DNA from: an uncultured Bacteroidia bacterium
GTDB taxonomy: Bacteria > Bacteroidota > Bacteroidia > Bacteroidales > UBA932
DNA: 52,046 nucleotides
NCBI GenBank assembly: GCA_902803535.1
Contig: CADCQP010000087.1
Span: forward strand, 1 to 52,046
Direction of reading: 5' to 3'
The notes beneath the pieces were generated by a model, which did no database searches, had not been told where the DNA came from, and saw only the letters and a list, made by a program, of their open reading frames with translations. Both the position numbers and the translations under genes were made by a program. Shown piece by piece: positions 35,881 to 45,233 of this stretch (positions within the stretch are counted from its first letter, which is position 1; each line of letters begins with the position of its first letter).

Positions 35881-36884
35881 TTTGATGATAATTCTATTGT
35901 AATACGCAAGAAGGCGACGGTCTGCCACTCACCGTAGCGCCAGAACAGGCTCAGGACCGGCTGGAGCATGACCGGCCCGAAAATATGGGCGTAATTGAAT
36001 TCAAGATGGAAGGAATCATCATGATCCTGGCTGAAGTCGGCCAGGCTGGCGCATCCTCCAAGTAGGTTGTGCTCATTGAAAGTGTATATGGCTCCCGTTC
36101 CCAGGTAGTTCCGGCAGGGCTCTCCCTTTCTCCCGAAGTAGTGGCTGGCTTCAAAGAAAATGTCTGTCTTTTCCCGGATTTTCTGGGTATGCGTGGCGTA
36201 CATGGCCATCCCGTGCCCTCCGTAGAAGTCCGGACCGACTGTCATTCCGATGGTACTCTTCCTCTTGTCTGTTTCAAGTGAAAGGGATGTCAGGTTCCTG
36301 ACTCCTCCCTTGAAACGGAACTGCTCGGAAGGTTTTTCAACGCTTTCCCCTTTGTAGAATGCCGTCTTCAGCATGAACATATCGCTGATCTGCCACTGTG
36401 CCATTGCCATGAGGGTAGATGTCGAGTAGTTCGCGAAGTCATAATTGGCCGAAAGGGTAGGAGGCAGGCCATGGGCCGATCCCAGGAAGAAGCCGAGCGC
36501 TTCGTCATCGAAGAAATCGGGATCTGTGTTCCTGATCCCTGCGAAGAGCCAGACAGGACCTATCTGCTGGCCAAGTCCGAGTATGGACAGGCGGAACGGA
36601 CTCGGCTCGGCATCAAGCTGGGAAAAAGTTGATATGTCGTCGCTTATGTAGTTCAGCTTGTGCTGCTTGGCGAATGTCATGCCGTCGAACCTTAAGTCGG
36701 CCCCTTTCCACAGTTGTACATCGATGCTGTAGCTCAGCAGGGAAAACATGTTGAATCTCCCGTTGTCGGGACGGAACTGGCCTTCCGCAACTCCAAGCAC
36801 GTTCCAGTCAAAACGCTCTTGTGCGCGGCATATGCATAGGCCGCAGCACAGTGTTATCATTATTATGAACAGGTGTCGCTTCAT
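35877..36884 (-). CDS. Outer-membrane beta-barrel, OprB/carbohydrate-porin-like
   Basis: Signal peptide and alternating amphipathic strands. Motifs STFSQLDAE, GIRNTDPDFF, TLSANY and LEFNY..LQP. Confidence 0.6.
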   Translation of the reverse strand: MKRHLFIIMITLCCGLCICRAQERFDWNVLGVAEGQFRPDNGRFNMFSLLSYSIDVQLWKGADLRFDGMTFAKQHKLNYISDDISTFSQLDAEPSPFRLSILGLGQQIGPVWLFAGIRNTDPDFFDDEALGFFLGSAHGLPPTLSANYDFANYSTSTLMAMAQWQISDMFMLKTAFYKGESVEKPSEQFRFKGGVRNLTSLSLETDKRKSTIGMTVGPDFYGGHGMAMYATHTQKIREKTDIFFEASHYFGRKGEPCRNYLGTGAIYTFNEHNLLGGCASLADFSQDHDDSFHLEFNYAHIFGPVMLQPVLSLFWRYGEWQTVAFLRITIELSSK

Positions 36885-36980
36885 GTCGGAATACTATATG
36901 CAAGTTAGCAAAAACTTTTCGATAGTCCTGCTTTTTTCCTAAATTAGCAGGATTGTAACACATTTTATCTGATCGGTCCG

Positions 36981-37481
36981 ATGAAAGAAATCTATTTTGC
37001 AGGAGGGTGTTTCTGGGGTACTGAGCATTATATGAAGCAGATAAGGGGAGTACTTTCTACCAGGACGGGCTATGCGAACGGAATCACGGAGAACCCTACT
37101 TACAAAGATGTATGTACTGATACTACCCGGTTCGCTGAGACAGTGCATGTGACATATGATCCTGAAGTACTTCCGACCGAGCTTCTCGTCAGGCTGTATT
37201 TCAAGGCCGTGGATCCGACCAGTGTCAACCGGCAGGGGGAAGACACCGGGACACAGTACCGGACCGGGATCTATTATGTGGATGAATCCGACCTGCCGGT
37301 AATAAAGAAAGTCTTTGACGAGGTCCAGTCGGAGTATTCCCTCCCTTTGGCCGTCGAGGTCATGCCGCTGGAGAATTTCTACCTGGCGGAGGATTACCAT
37401 CAAGACTACCTGGACAAGAATCCTGCAGGCTACTGCCACCTTCCTGTGGCCCTGTTCGAGTATGCCAGGAAAGCGAACTGA
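36981..37481 (+). CDS. msrA: Peptide methionine-S-sulfoxide reductase
   Basis: Motifs GGCFWG, GYANG, DPTSVNRQG, QYRTGIY, AEDYHQDY and GYCH. Confidence 0.96.
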   Translation: MKEIYFAGGCFWGTEHYMKQIRGVLSTRTGYANGITENPTYKDVCTDTTRFAETVHVTYDPEVLPTELLVRLYFKAVDPTSVNRQGEDTGTQYRTGIYYVDESDLPVIKKVFDEVQSEYSLPLAVEVMPLENFYLAEDYHQDYLDKNPAGYCHLPVALFEYARKAN

Positions 37482-37508
37482 ATGCAGATATCATAACATC
37501 TTGACCAT

Positions 37509-38207
37509 ATGGCTAAATTGGATTCTAAAAGCGAAAGGTTCCTGTCTCCGTCAATGAAGATGGCGGACCTGATCAATTCAGAACCTGGACTGTTGAATGT
37601 CGTCAACCATTGCGGAATGACCCTCGGTTTCGGAGAGGATACGGTCGAGGAATGCTGTCTGCGCCGGGGCAGGGATCCTTATACTTTCCTGACTTTGTGC
37701 AGGTTGGTCCTGTTCAATGGCTATGTGCTTTCCGAGGCTGAATTCGGACGGGTCAAGATCGATGAAGTAACTGACTACCTTAGAAGTTGCCATGATACTT
37801 ACAAGGACAGCTGGCTCCCCGTACTGGAGGAGGGAATCGGAAAAGTCCTATCATGCCGCCCTGAAGCCCAGAGGAAAGTCATTTCCGAGTTTTTCGGGAA
37901 GTTCAGGGATGAACTCAAGCATCATTTCGAGGTAGAAGAGCAGAAGATATTCCCATCCTTATATGAAATAGGCAGGCGCGGCCGCGGCACCCTGAAACTC
38001 TTCTCGGAGGAACACGGGAATATCGGTGAAAATATCCAGGACCTTATCAACTTGCTGCTTAAGTACATCCCGTATGGGACGAGTGATCCGGATGTCATTG
38101 TACTGCTGTCCCATCTGTATTCTTTGAAGCGGGACTTGGCAGTCCATTCCAGGATCGAGGATTTCCTGATCCTGCCGCTGGTGAAGGGAGGCAAAAACCA
38201 TGAATGA
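37509..38207 (+). CDS. Hemerythrin (HHE)-domain protein, Ric/ScdA-like
   Basis: N-terminal LGFGEDTVEECC domain and HHE motifs CHDTY, HFEVEE, EEH and HSRIED. Confidence 0.82.
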   Translation: MAKLDSKSERFLSPSMKMADLINSEPGLLNVVNHCGMTLGFGEDTVEECCLRRGRDPYTFLTLCRLVLFNGYVLSEAEFGRVKIDEVTDYLRSCHDTYKDSWLPVLEEGIGKVLSCRPEAQRKVISEFFGKFRDELKHHFEVEEQKIFPSLYEIGRRGRGTLKLFSEEHGNIGENIQDLINLLLKYIPYGTSDPDVIVLLSHLYSLKRDLAVHSRIEDFLILPLVKGGKNHE

Positions 38208-38754
38208 GAGGACCAGAGTACTTATAATCAGCCCTTCGGAAATCATTTCAAGCGGGCTGAAGGCCATCCTGGCCCATACCGAGTTTGTCGTTGAAGACTG
38301 TCTCGTCGATGTCCCGGATTCTGCCGATTCAGACATGATCCTGATAGATCCTGTCATAACATCCTACAATTCAGTCTTTTCCTTCGATGTCCCGGTGGTA
38401 GCCATCATCCATGCCGCATATGATGAGAGATCTCTCAGCCAGTTCTCCGAAGTGATCAGCATCTATGACCGGCCACAGGCTATGATAAGGAAACTGCGCA
38501 AGGTGGTCTCCGGAGCCTCTGAAGACGATTCCCTCCAGGACGGCCGGGAATTGTCCCCGCGGGAGAAGGAAATCCTTGTCTGCGTGGCGAAAGGAATGCT
38601 CAACAAAGAGATAGCCTACAAGTACAACCTCTCCATTTTCACCGTCATGACCCATCGCAAGAATATCGCAGCCAAGACCGGGATAAAGTCCATAGCCGGC
38701 CTTACTGCATATGCTATCCTGCAGGGGCTGATAGACATAGAGTCGATCAAGTGA
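38200..38754 (+). CDS. LuxR-family HTH transcriptional regulator
   Basis: LSPREKEILVCVAKGMLNKEIA..TVMTHRKNIAAKTGIKSIAGLTAYA, preceded by a degenerate receiver-like N-terminus. Confidence 0.9.
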   Translation: MNERTRVLIISPSEIISSGLKAILAHTEFVVEDCLVDVPDSADSDMILIDPVITSYNSVFSFDVPVVAIIHAAYDERSLSQFSEVISIYDRPQAMIRKLRKVVSGASEDDSLQDGRELSPREKEILVCVAKGMLNKEIAYKYNLSIFTVMTHRKNIAAKTGIKSIAGLTAYAILQGLIDIESIK

Positions 38755-39574
38755 TACTGTGCTTTTCGCGGTATTCGGAAGGCGGTAACCCAAGCACGCG
38801 CTTGACATATGTCGTGAAGAAGGATTTGCTGGAGAAATTGAGGTTGTCGCATATGTCGTCAATGCTCAGGTCAGAGTTCTCCAGCTGTTCCATTATCAAG
38901 GTTGCGGAGTAATGGTCGATCCACTGCATGGCTCCTGATCCGCCGGCTTTTTCACAGATCCGGCTCAGTTGCCTGGGGGTGACATTGAGTTTGTCGGCGT
39001 ACCATGCAACACGTCTGTGAAGATGGCAGTTTTCCTTGACAAGCTGCTGGTACTTCATGAATATTCCCGCAACGTCGTTGCCCAGCCTGTGCTCTTCTTC
39101 AGCCGGAGCGGAATCATAGACGTCCCAGATGTCATACATGAGGATCTGCAGGCTCTGGACAAGAGCTTGGACAGAGTACCTCCCGCTTTGTGACGACCTT
39201 TTCTCCAGTGAAAGCAAGTCGTTGATGATAAGGTCTTTCGAGATCCCGGAGAGGTGGACTGACGGGTGCATCCTGGCATGGATGAAACCTCGTGACTCCC
39301 ACACCATCCCGTTTCCCATGCTGCGCATGAAACCCCTCGGAACGGAAAGGATCAGGCATTCGAAATCATCTGAAAACTCAAAGCCGGAGAAATCCACGTC
39401 CCCCTGAAGGATTACCAGGTCATCCTGCCTGAAGGTTATCCATTCCTTTTCGCGGAAGAAACCGCCATTGCCCTCCAGGCATACGAAGTGGACATGGTAG
39501 TCCCCGTGGAGTACATTGGGCAGCACCTTGTCACCGGGGTACCTGAGAATCCTTATGCCGCTCTCGGAAATCAT
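38747..39574 (-). CDS. AraC-family transcriptional regulator
   Basis: Cupin-like N-terminus. HTH motifs VAWYADKLNVTPRQLSRIC and LNFSSKSFFTTYVKRVLGLPPSEYR. Confidence 0.92.
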   Translation of the reverse strand: MISESGIRILRYPGDKVLPNVLHGDYHVHFVCLEGNGGFFREKEWITFRQDDLVILQGDVDFSGFEFSDDFECLILSVPRGFMRSMGNGMVWESRGFIHARMHPSVHLSGISKDLIINDLLSLEKRSSQSGRYSVQALVQSLQILMYDIWDVYDSAPAEEEHRLGNDVAGIFMKYQQLVKENCHLHRRVAWYADKLNVTPRQLSRICEKAGGSGAMQWIDHYSATLIMEQLENSDLSIDDICDNLNFSSKSFFTTYVKRVLGLPPSEYREKHSIT

Positions 39575-39622
39575 TGAAACAAAATGGAAAAAAAGTGTAA
39601 CGCCTTTACGGAGGCCATATGC

Positions 39623-39640
39623 TAATTTTGTACAAAGATA
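39623..39640. promoter_or_regulatory. Face-to-face overlapping -7 elements for the TonB receptor and AraC genes
   Basis: TAATTTTG on the plus strand (39623-39630) and TATCTTTG on the minus strand (39633-39640). Confidence 0.5.
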
Positions 39641-39651
39641 ATTATAAAATT

Positions 39652-41523
39652 ATGAACGTTAAGGCATTCGCAGCATATGTAATCATCGGTATCTCCCTCT
39701 GTTTCCAGGCATATGCCGATGTGAATCCCGCTGACACGGTCAATGTGATTGATGAGTCCGTGGTTACCGGAACGCGTGCGCGGACCCTGTCCGGTTTCCT
39801 GCCGCAGACAGTAAGCGTGGTGAACCATGGGCAGCTTGCTCAGACACAGCGTATCAGCATTCTTCCAACCCTTGATGAGTTTGTCCCCGGCATGTTCGTC
39901 ACATCAAGGGCAATGCTCGGATACGGGGTCAGCGGCGGTGCTGCCGGCGGAATCAGCATCAGGGGACTTGCCGGAGGAAGCGGGCAGATGATGGTCCTTA
40001 TAGACGGCCATCCGCAGTACCAGGGAATCTTCGGCCATCCCATCTCCGACTCTTATCAGACCATGATGACCGAACGCGTCGAGGTACTCAGGGGACCGGC
40101 TTCGGTCCTATATGGAAGCAATGCCATGGGCGGAGTCATCAACATCATTACCAGGCAGTCCCTTGAGGATGGCGCCCACACCGACATCAACCTTGGGGCC
40201 GGCAGCTGGGGTACCGTGCAAGGTTCGGTTTCGAACCGCTTCCGCAGCGGAAAATTCTCGAGCGTGGTGTCCGGACAGTATTCCAGGACCGACAATCACA
40301 GGCCGAGGATGGGTTTCGAACAATACGGCGGTTTCCTGAAACTCGCATATGACTTCTCAGACCATTGGGATGCCTATTTCGACGCTGATGTGACCCACTT
40401 CAATGCTTCTTATCCAGGTCCGGTCTCAGGTCCATTGTTCGATGCGGACCAGTGGATTACCCGCTCTGTCCTGACACTGGCCGTGAACAACCGCTACGAA
40501 AAGACGGAAGGTTCGGTGAGCCTGTACCATAACTTCGGATTCCACAAGATCAATGACGGACATCCGGCGGATGCGGCACCCCAGAAGAACCTGTTCCGCT
40601 CGTCAGATGCCCTCTCCGGTGTGTCCGCATGGCAAAGCGTACGGTTCTTCAAAGGCAATACCACCACGTTCGGCTTTGATTTCCAGAACATTTACGGAAA
40701 AGCCTGGAATCAGGTGATTGAAACCGGTGAAGACCTGGATCCCATGACAGACAAGACTGAAACCGAGTTTGCCGGTTACGTGGACTTCCGCCAGGACCTT
40801 ACAGAATGGCTGACAGTCGACGCTGGCGTCCGTGTGGATCACCACAGTGTCTCCCATACGGAGGTGGTGCCGCAGGGCGGACTCGCTTTCAGGATCCTTG
40901 GAGGAGAGCTCAAGGCAATGATCAGCAAAGGATTCCGCCGTCCGACAATAAAGGATATGTACCTTTTCAGGCCTGCAAATCCTGAGCTTGAGCCAGAGAG
41001 GCTCTGGAATTATGAACTGGCATGGAAACAGTCTGCAGGCAATGTCAGCTACGGGGTGAACCTATTCTACCTCAAGGGAGACAACATCATCCTGACCCAG
41101 ATGGGCGAATCCGGTCCGAAGAACGTAAACAGCGGCGCCATTGAGAATTACGGCGCAGAGGTGGATCTCAGGTGGAGGATTTCCGGCAACTGGAACCTTA
41201 TGTCGAATCTCAGTGCGCTGCACATGGAGAACAAAGTTGTCGGGGCTCCGGAATTCAAGGCTTACCTTGGACTGAACTATCACACCGGCCCGTTCAACAT
41301 CACAGCCGGGGCTACACAGGTCTCCAACCTGTACACCTTGACCGGTGCGGAACCGGTGAAGGAGAATTTCTTCCTTCTCAGCCTGAATGCCAGCTACAGG
41401 GTCCTGGACTGGCTGAGCCTGTGGGCGCGCGGGGACAACCTCCTTGCACAGGAATATGAGATCAATGCCGGTTACCCCATGCCCCGCGCGACATTCATGT
41501 CCGGGATATCCATTTCATTCTAG
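39652..41523 (+). CDS. TonB-dependent outer-membrane receptor
   Basis: Signal peptide, TonB box ESVVTG, plug motifs VLIDG and ERVEVLRGPASVLYGSNAMGGVINIIT, NPELEPE, and a terminal Phe. Confidence 0.93.
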   Translation: MNVKAFAAYVIIGISLCFQAYADVNPADTVNVIDESVVTGTRARTLSGFLPQTVSVVNHGQLAQTQRISILPTLDEFVPGMFVTSRAMLGYGVSGGAAGGISIRGLAGGSGQMMVLIDGHPQYQGIFGHPISDSYQTMMTERVEVLRGPASVLYGSNAMGGVINIITRQSLEDGAHTDINLGAGSWGTVQGSVSNRFRSGKFSSVVSGQYSRTDNHRPRMGFEQYGGFLKLAYDFSDHWDAYFDADVTHFNASYPGPVSGPLFDADQWITRSVLTLAVNNRYEKTEGSVSLYHNFGFHKINDGHPADAAPQKNLFRSSDALSGVSAWQSVRFFKGNTTTFGFDFQNIYGKAWNQVIETGEDLDPMTDKTETEFAGYVDFRQDLTEWLTVDAGVRVDHHSVSHTEVVPQGGLAFRILGGELKAMISKGFRRPTIKDMYLFRPANPELEPERLWNYELAWKQSAGNVSYGVNLFYLKGDNIILTQMGESGPKNVNSGAIENYGAEVDLRWRISGNWNLMSNLSALHMENKVVGAPEFKAYLGLNYHTGPFNITAGATQVSNLYTLTGAEPVKENFFLLSLNASYRVLDWLSLWARGDNLLAQEYEINAGYPMPRATFMSGISISF

Positions 41524-41547
41524 CTCCTTCCAGGGATGAGCTTGTCA

Positions 41548-41582
41548 TGTTTCCCCGAAAATGATTAACTTTCGGGGAAACA
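41548..41582. repeat. Perfect 13-bp inverted repeat with a 9-nt loop
   Basis: TGTTTCCCCGAAA-atgattaac-TTTCGGGGAAACA, between the receptor stop and the SDR start. No U-tract follows on either strand. Confidence 0.75.
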
Positions 41583-41590
41583 ATCGTAAA

Positions 41591-42448
41591 ATGAAGGTAA
41601 TAATCATAACCGGGGCAAGCAGCGGCATAGGATATATCTCAGCCCGTGAACTTGCCCTTGCCGGCAACAAGGTGTATGGAGCGGCCAGAAGGGTGGAGAA
41701 GATGGATTCCCTGAAGGAGTATGGGGTAGTGCCGCTGAAACTGGACGTAACTGATGAGGACTCAATCCGCCAGGCAGTGGAAACGGTGATTTCCGAGCAG
41801 GGGAGGATTGACGCTCTGGTGAACAATGCTGGTTTCGGCATGATGGGACCGGTGGAGACCGTCTCCATGGAGGATGCCCGCAGGCAGATGGAAGTCAACC
41901 TGTTCGGCATGGCGGCGATGACCCGCGCCGTACTTGCCCAGATGCGCAGCCAGGGAGAGGGAAGGATCATCAACACATCTTCCATGGCCGGCAGCGTCCC
42001 CATCCCATATGGAGCATGGTACAATATTTCGAAGTATTCCGTTGAGGCTTTCAGCGCTGACCTCCGCATGGAAGTCAGGCCTTTCGGGATAAAGGTGTCC
42101 GTCATAGCTCCGGGACCTATTCACACCCAGTGGGGCACGATTGCGGCAGATCATCTCCAGAGGACTACGGAAGGAACTGTTTATGAGGAAAATGCGGCTC
42201 GTGAAGCTGAGGCTTTCAGGTTCGCATACACTTCGTCACTGCTCCCGGGACCGGAGAAGGTTGCCTCTTGCATATGCAAGGCAGTCCTGTCGCCCCACCC
42301 CAGGTTCCATTACCGTCCGGGACCGTCTGCTTCGGCCTCCGTCATCGCGCACAGGCTCATGCCTTCGTCATGGTGGGATGCCATGGTCTGCATGGTCTGG
42401 AAGTGGAGAGGGGACAGGTGGCCTTTCAGGAAAGTTCCTTCGGAATGA
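41591..42448 (+). CDS. Short-chain dehydrogenase/reductase
   Basis: Motifs ITGASSGIG, LDVT, LVNNAG, TSS and YNISK (YxxxK). Confidence 0.93.
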   Translation: MKVIIITGASSGIGYISARELALAGNKVYGAARRVEKMDSLKEYGVVPLKLDVTDEDSIRQAVETVISEQGRIDALVNNAGFGMMGPVETVSMEDARRQMEVNLFGMAAMTRAVLAQMRSQGEGRIINTSSMAGSVPIPYGAWYNISKYSVEAFSADLRMEVRPFGIKVSVIAPGPIHTQWGTIAADHLQRTTEGTVYEENAAREAEAFRFAYTSSLLPGPEKVASCICKAVLSPHPRFHYRPGPSASASVIAHRLMPSSWWDAMVCMVWKWRGDRWPFRKVPSE

Positions 42449-43742
42449 TGGATGCCTGCTCCGGGAGGCGGGTCTTGGACGTTATCCTGGATTTGGAGCG
42501 CTTAGGCTTAAGGCCCATTTCCTCAAGCCTGCTGATCTTGCTTATTACGCTTTGGTCCGAATCGCTCAGGCGCTTGCGGGCGGTGTCATATGCATTCGTG
42601 GCGTTTTCCAGCGATTTGCCTATCTCTACGAAACTGTCCATCCAGTTCCTGAGCTGGCTCATCAGACCCTCGGCAGCACTGTAAACCCTAGCGATATCTT
42701 TCTCCTGATTGTGCTGCTTCCAGCTCATGGTTATCATGTTCAGGACGATTACCAGGGTCATCTGGCTGACTATGAGAACATTGTTCTCCCTGGCTACCTG
42801 CCACAGCGTGGGATCTTCGTCCAGCATCAGGCGGAATGCGCCCTCCATGGGGATGAACATGATGTTGAAGTCCACTTTCTGCTTGCCTGCGGGGATGTAC
42901 GAGGCGTAGTCTTTGTCTTTCAGCTCGTTCACATGGTCCCGTATGCTCTTGACATGTGCTTTCGCATATGCCTTCCTCTCTTGGGCACCGGTAGCTGACA
43001 TGTATGAATTGAAGTCCGTAAGGCTTACCTTTGAATCTATGACCACCGTGGTGTCGTCTGGGTAGAACACCAGAACGTCGGGAATCATGGTGCGTCCGGT
43101 GACGCTTTTGATCTCCCTGCCTTGTGCATCGGTGATGACTCCCTGTGTCTTGTAGTGTATCCCTTCTACTAGCCCGGCATTTTTAAGTACGTCAGTCAGA
43201 AGCATTTCTCCGAAATCTCCCTGGACTTTCGAATAGCCGGTGAGGGCATTGGCCAGGTTCCTGGCCTCATCGCTTACGCTTCTGGACTGCCTGTCCAGGT
43301 CCTCTATCCTCTGCTCCAGCCTGGAATGCCGGTCTGCGGCATCCTTGGTGGATTCTTTCACAGTCTCGCTGAATTCCCTGAACCTTTCCTGGAGCGGCTT
43401 AAGCAGCTCTGTCAGCGCCTCCGTGCTGCGGACCTTGAATGATTCGCTGTTTCGGTTGCCGAGATTCTCAAAGGTCTCCTTCATCTGTGCGAGGTCCTTC
43501 AGATGCTGCTCTTTCTCCCTTTCTTCGAATTCCACCCTCGCAGCAAGGCGCTCCGCCAGGGCCGCTTTATCGGCGCTCAGTTCCGCTATCTTGTCCTGGA
43601 GGGTGTCTTTCTCCTTCTCATAGTTCCGGACAAGCCTGGCGCGTTCTTTCCCGGCCCTGTGCTGCAGCATGAAAAGCGCAGTGACGGCCGCCAGGGCCAT
43701 GATGGCAATGGAGATGAGGAGTATCGTGTCAGGCGGGGGCAT
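42426..43742 (-). CDS. rmuC: DNA recombination protein RmuC
   Basis: N-terminal TM helix and coiled coil. Motifs LKPLQE, NLANAL, QGDFGE, PDV, VIDSKVSL and MFIPME. Confidence 0.92.
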   Translation of the reverse strand: MPPPDTILLISIAIMALAAVTALFMLQHRAGKERARLVRNYEKEKDTLQDKIAELSADKAALAERLAARVEFEEREKEQHLKDLAQMKETFENLGNRNSESFKVRSTEALTELLKPLQERFREFSETVKESTKDAADRHSRLEQRIEDLDRQSRSVSDEARNLANALTGYSKVQGDFGEMLLTDVLKNAGLVEGIHYKTQGVITDAQGREIKSVTGRTMIPDVLVFYPDDTTVVIDSKVSLTDFNSYMSATGAQERKAYAKAHVKSIRDHVNELKDKDYASYIPAGKQKVDFNIMFIPMEGAFRLMLDEDPTLWQVARENNVLIVSQMTLVIVLNMITMSWKQHNQEKDIARVYSAAEGLMSQLRNWMDSFVEIGKSLENATNAYDTARKRLSDSDQSVISKISRLEEMGLKPKRSKSRITSKTRLPEQASIIPKELS

Positions 43743-43751
43743 ATGGGCGGA

Positions 43752-44969
43752 TCATTTGTGGCGCCGCGGGAAGAACTTGAAGGCTTCTTCTACGACTATG
43801 ATTCCAAGTGCGATGGCGGCGCAGACCTTGACCGCCATGAAACCGCTTGAGAGAGCGGCGTGGGTCTGGCCGGCGATCAGGTAGTAGGATGTCCAGAACA
43901 GGCCTCCTCCCGGCACCAGGGGAAAGATCCCGCAGACCAGGAATACTGTGACGGGGCAACGGCGCCATACGGCCATGAAGCTGGAGCAGAGCAGGACTGC
44001 CATGGCTCCGACGAATGTCGCTTCTGTCGGCGTGAAACCTACGGCACGTGTGAGGACTATGTAGGTCATCCAGCCTGCAGCCCCTGTGATCCCGCAGTCC
44101 AGGTAGTGCCTTCGGGGCACTCCGTACAGGATGGCGAATGCTGCGGTGCCGAAGAATGAAGCAGCCAGCTGCCAGAGGGGGTGGGCTGTGACCGGATCGG
44201 TATTCATGGCCTGCAGCTGTATGATTCCTCCGAAAACCGCTCCGTCCAGGATGAAGGCAAGTGCGACACCGGCGGCGATGCCGAGGAACATCATGCCGGC
44301 ATCCAGCAGCCTTGTCGTGCCTGCGAGGTAGTCTTCTTCGGCAATGTCCCGGATCCCGTTGGTGAAGGGAACTCCGGGGACAAGAGGGATTATGGCTCCT
44401 ATTATCATGTTGCCAAGGTGGTCTCCGAAGCCGAGGTGATAGGCTGCGATGCAGACAGTCGCGGCTATGAGCCCCCCGGATATGTTTCCCAGGAGACGGC
44501 TCAGGAATGGGGCGGATACGAAATACACGAAGATGTGGAGGACCAGTCCTGCTATGAAGGCGACAACGCTGTCTGCAAGGCTCCCGCCGAAGATCATGGC
44601 GAAGAAGCCGGCGCCGAGTGCGCTGCCCAGGATCTGCTCCCAGACGGCTTTCGGAGGCATCTTGGTAATGCTCTCGAGCCTTCTGTCCAGTTCGTCGAGA
44701 TCCAGGTTCATGCTTAAAACGTCCCTGGATGCCTGGTTCACTGCGGCGACTTTGTCCAGCCGGGCCCCCTTAAGGGGAATGAATTCCGCTTTGGCGTAGC
44801 TGTCTCCGGTGGCTATGATTCCGTTGCTCAGGACAAAGAAATCGCCGTCGTCCGCTCCATAATGGCCGGCTATGCGTTGCATTGTGCTCTCCACGCGTGA
44901 GATTTCCGCTCCATTTTCCAGGAGGATATGTCCCGCCCTGTTGGCCAGGCTGAGTGCAGTCTTGCTCAT
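43752..44969 (-). CDS. Threonine/serine exporter ThrE family (two-domain fusion)
   Basis: Motifs LLENGAEISRVE, PLVPGVPFTNGIRD and GIFPLVPG, with about 10 TM helices. A -7 element TAAATTTG lies at 45000-45007 on the minus strand. Confidence 0.88.
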   Translation of the reverse strand: MSKTALSLANRAGHILLENGAEISRVESTMQRIAGHYGADDGDFFVLSNGIIATGDSYAKAEFIPLKGARLDKVAAVNQASRDVLSMNLDLDELDRRLESITKMPPKAVWEQILGSALGAGFFAMIFGGSLADSVVAFIAGLVLHIFVYFVSAPFLSRLLGNISGGLIAATVCIAAYHLGFGDHLGNMIIGAIIPLVPGVPFTNGIRDIAEEDYLAGTTRLLDAGMMFLGIAAGVALAFILDGAVFGGIIQLQAMNTDPVTAHPLWQLAASFFGTAAFAILYGVPRRHYLDCGITGAAGWMTYIVLTRAVGFTPTEATFVGAMAVLLCSSFMAVWRRCPVTVFLVCGIFPLVPGGGLFWTSYYLIAGQTHAALSSGFMAVKVCAAIALGIIVVEEAFKFFPRRHK

Positions 44970-45036
44970 TTACGAATCAGATCAGTTGTCCTTTCCCTCC
45001 AAATTTAGGGTATTTGCATCAAAAAATGTAAAAATA

Positions 45037-45071
45037 ATTGAGCTTGTACTGTAGTTTGGTACAAGCTCAAT
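45037..45071. promoter_or_regulatory. Perfect 13-bp palindromic operator-like site next to a -7 element
   Basis: ATTGAGCTTGTAC-tgtagtttg-GTACAAGCTCAAT, followed after 1 bp by TATCTTTG (45073-45080). Confidence 0.65.
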
Positions 45072-45104
45072 CTATCTTTGCATCAGAAACAAAACAGACG
45101 CATC

Positions 45105-45233
45105 ATGAAAAACACGGATTACAATCTCAAGCAGTTCGAAAATGCAATCTCATCTGAAGGCCGCCTCGATGCTTTCCTTGGTCTTGTAAACGATCTGGAC
45201 CTGCAGCTGGTGGAAGTGAGCGTGAGCGCCTAG
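45105..45233 (+). CDS. Small 42-aa acidic protein, below the ORF-track cutoff
   Basis: MKNTDYNLKQFENAISSEGRLDAFLGLVNDLDLQLVEVSVSA*. It has its own -7 element and an A-rich leader, fills an otherwise empty gap, and its stop overlaps the GAF gene stop (CTAG). Confidence 0.6.
   Translation: MKNTDYNLKQFENAISSEGRLDAFLGLVNDLDLQLVEVSVSA

Noticed and set aside
42141-42998. 285-aa plus-strand ORF across SDR and rmuC
   Set aside because: It overlaps two well-supported genes, has a non-protein-like composition and lacks motifs.
45037-45071. Invertible promoter (phase-variation switch)
   Set aside because: The 9-bp spacer is too short, the -7 element lies outside the repeats, and no recombinase gene is nearby.
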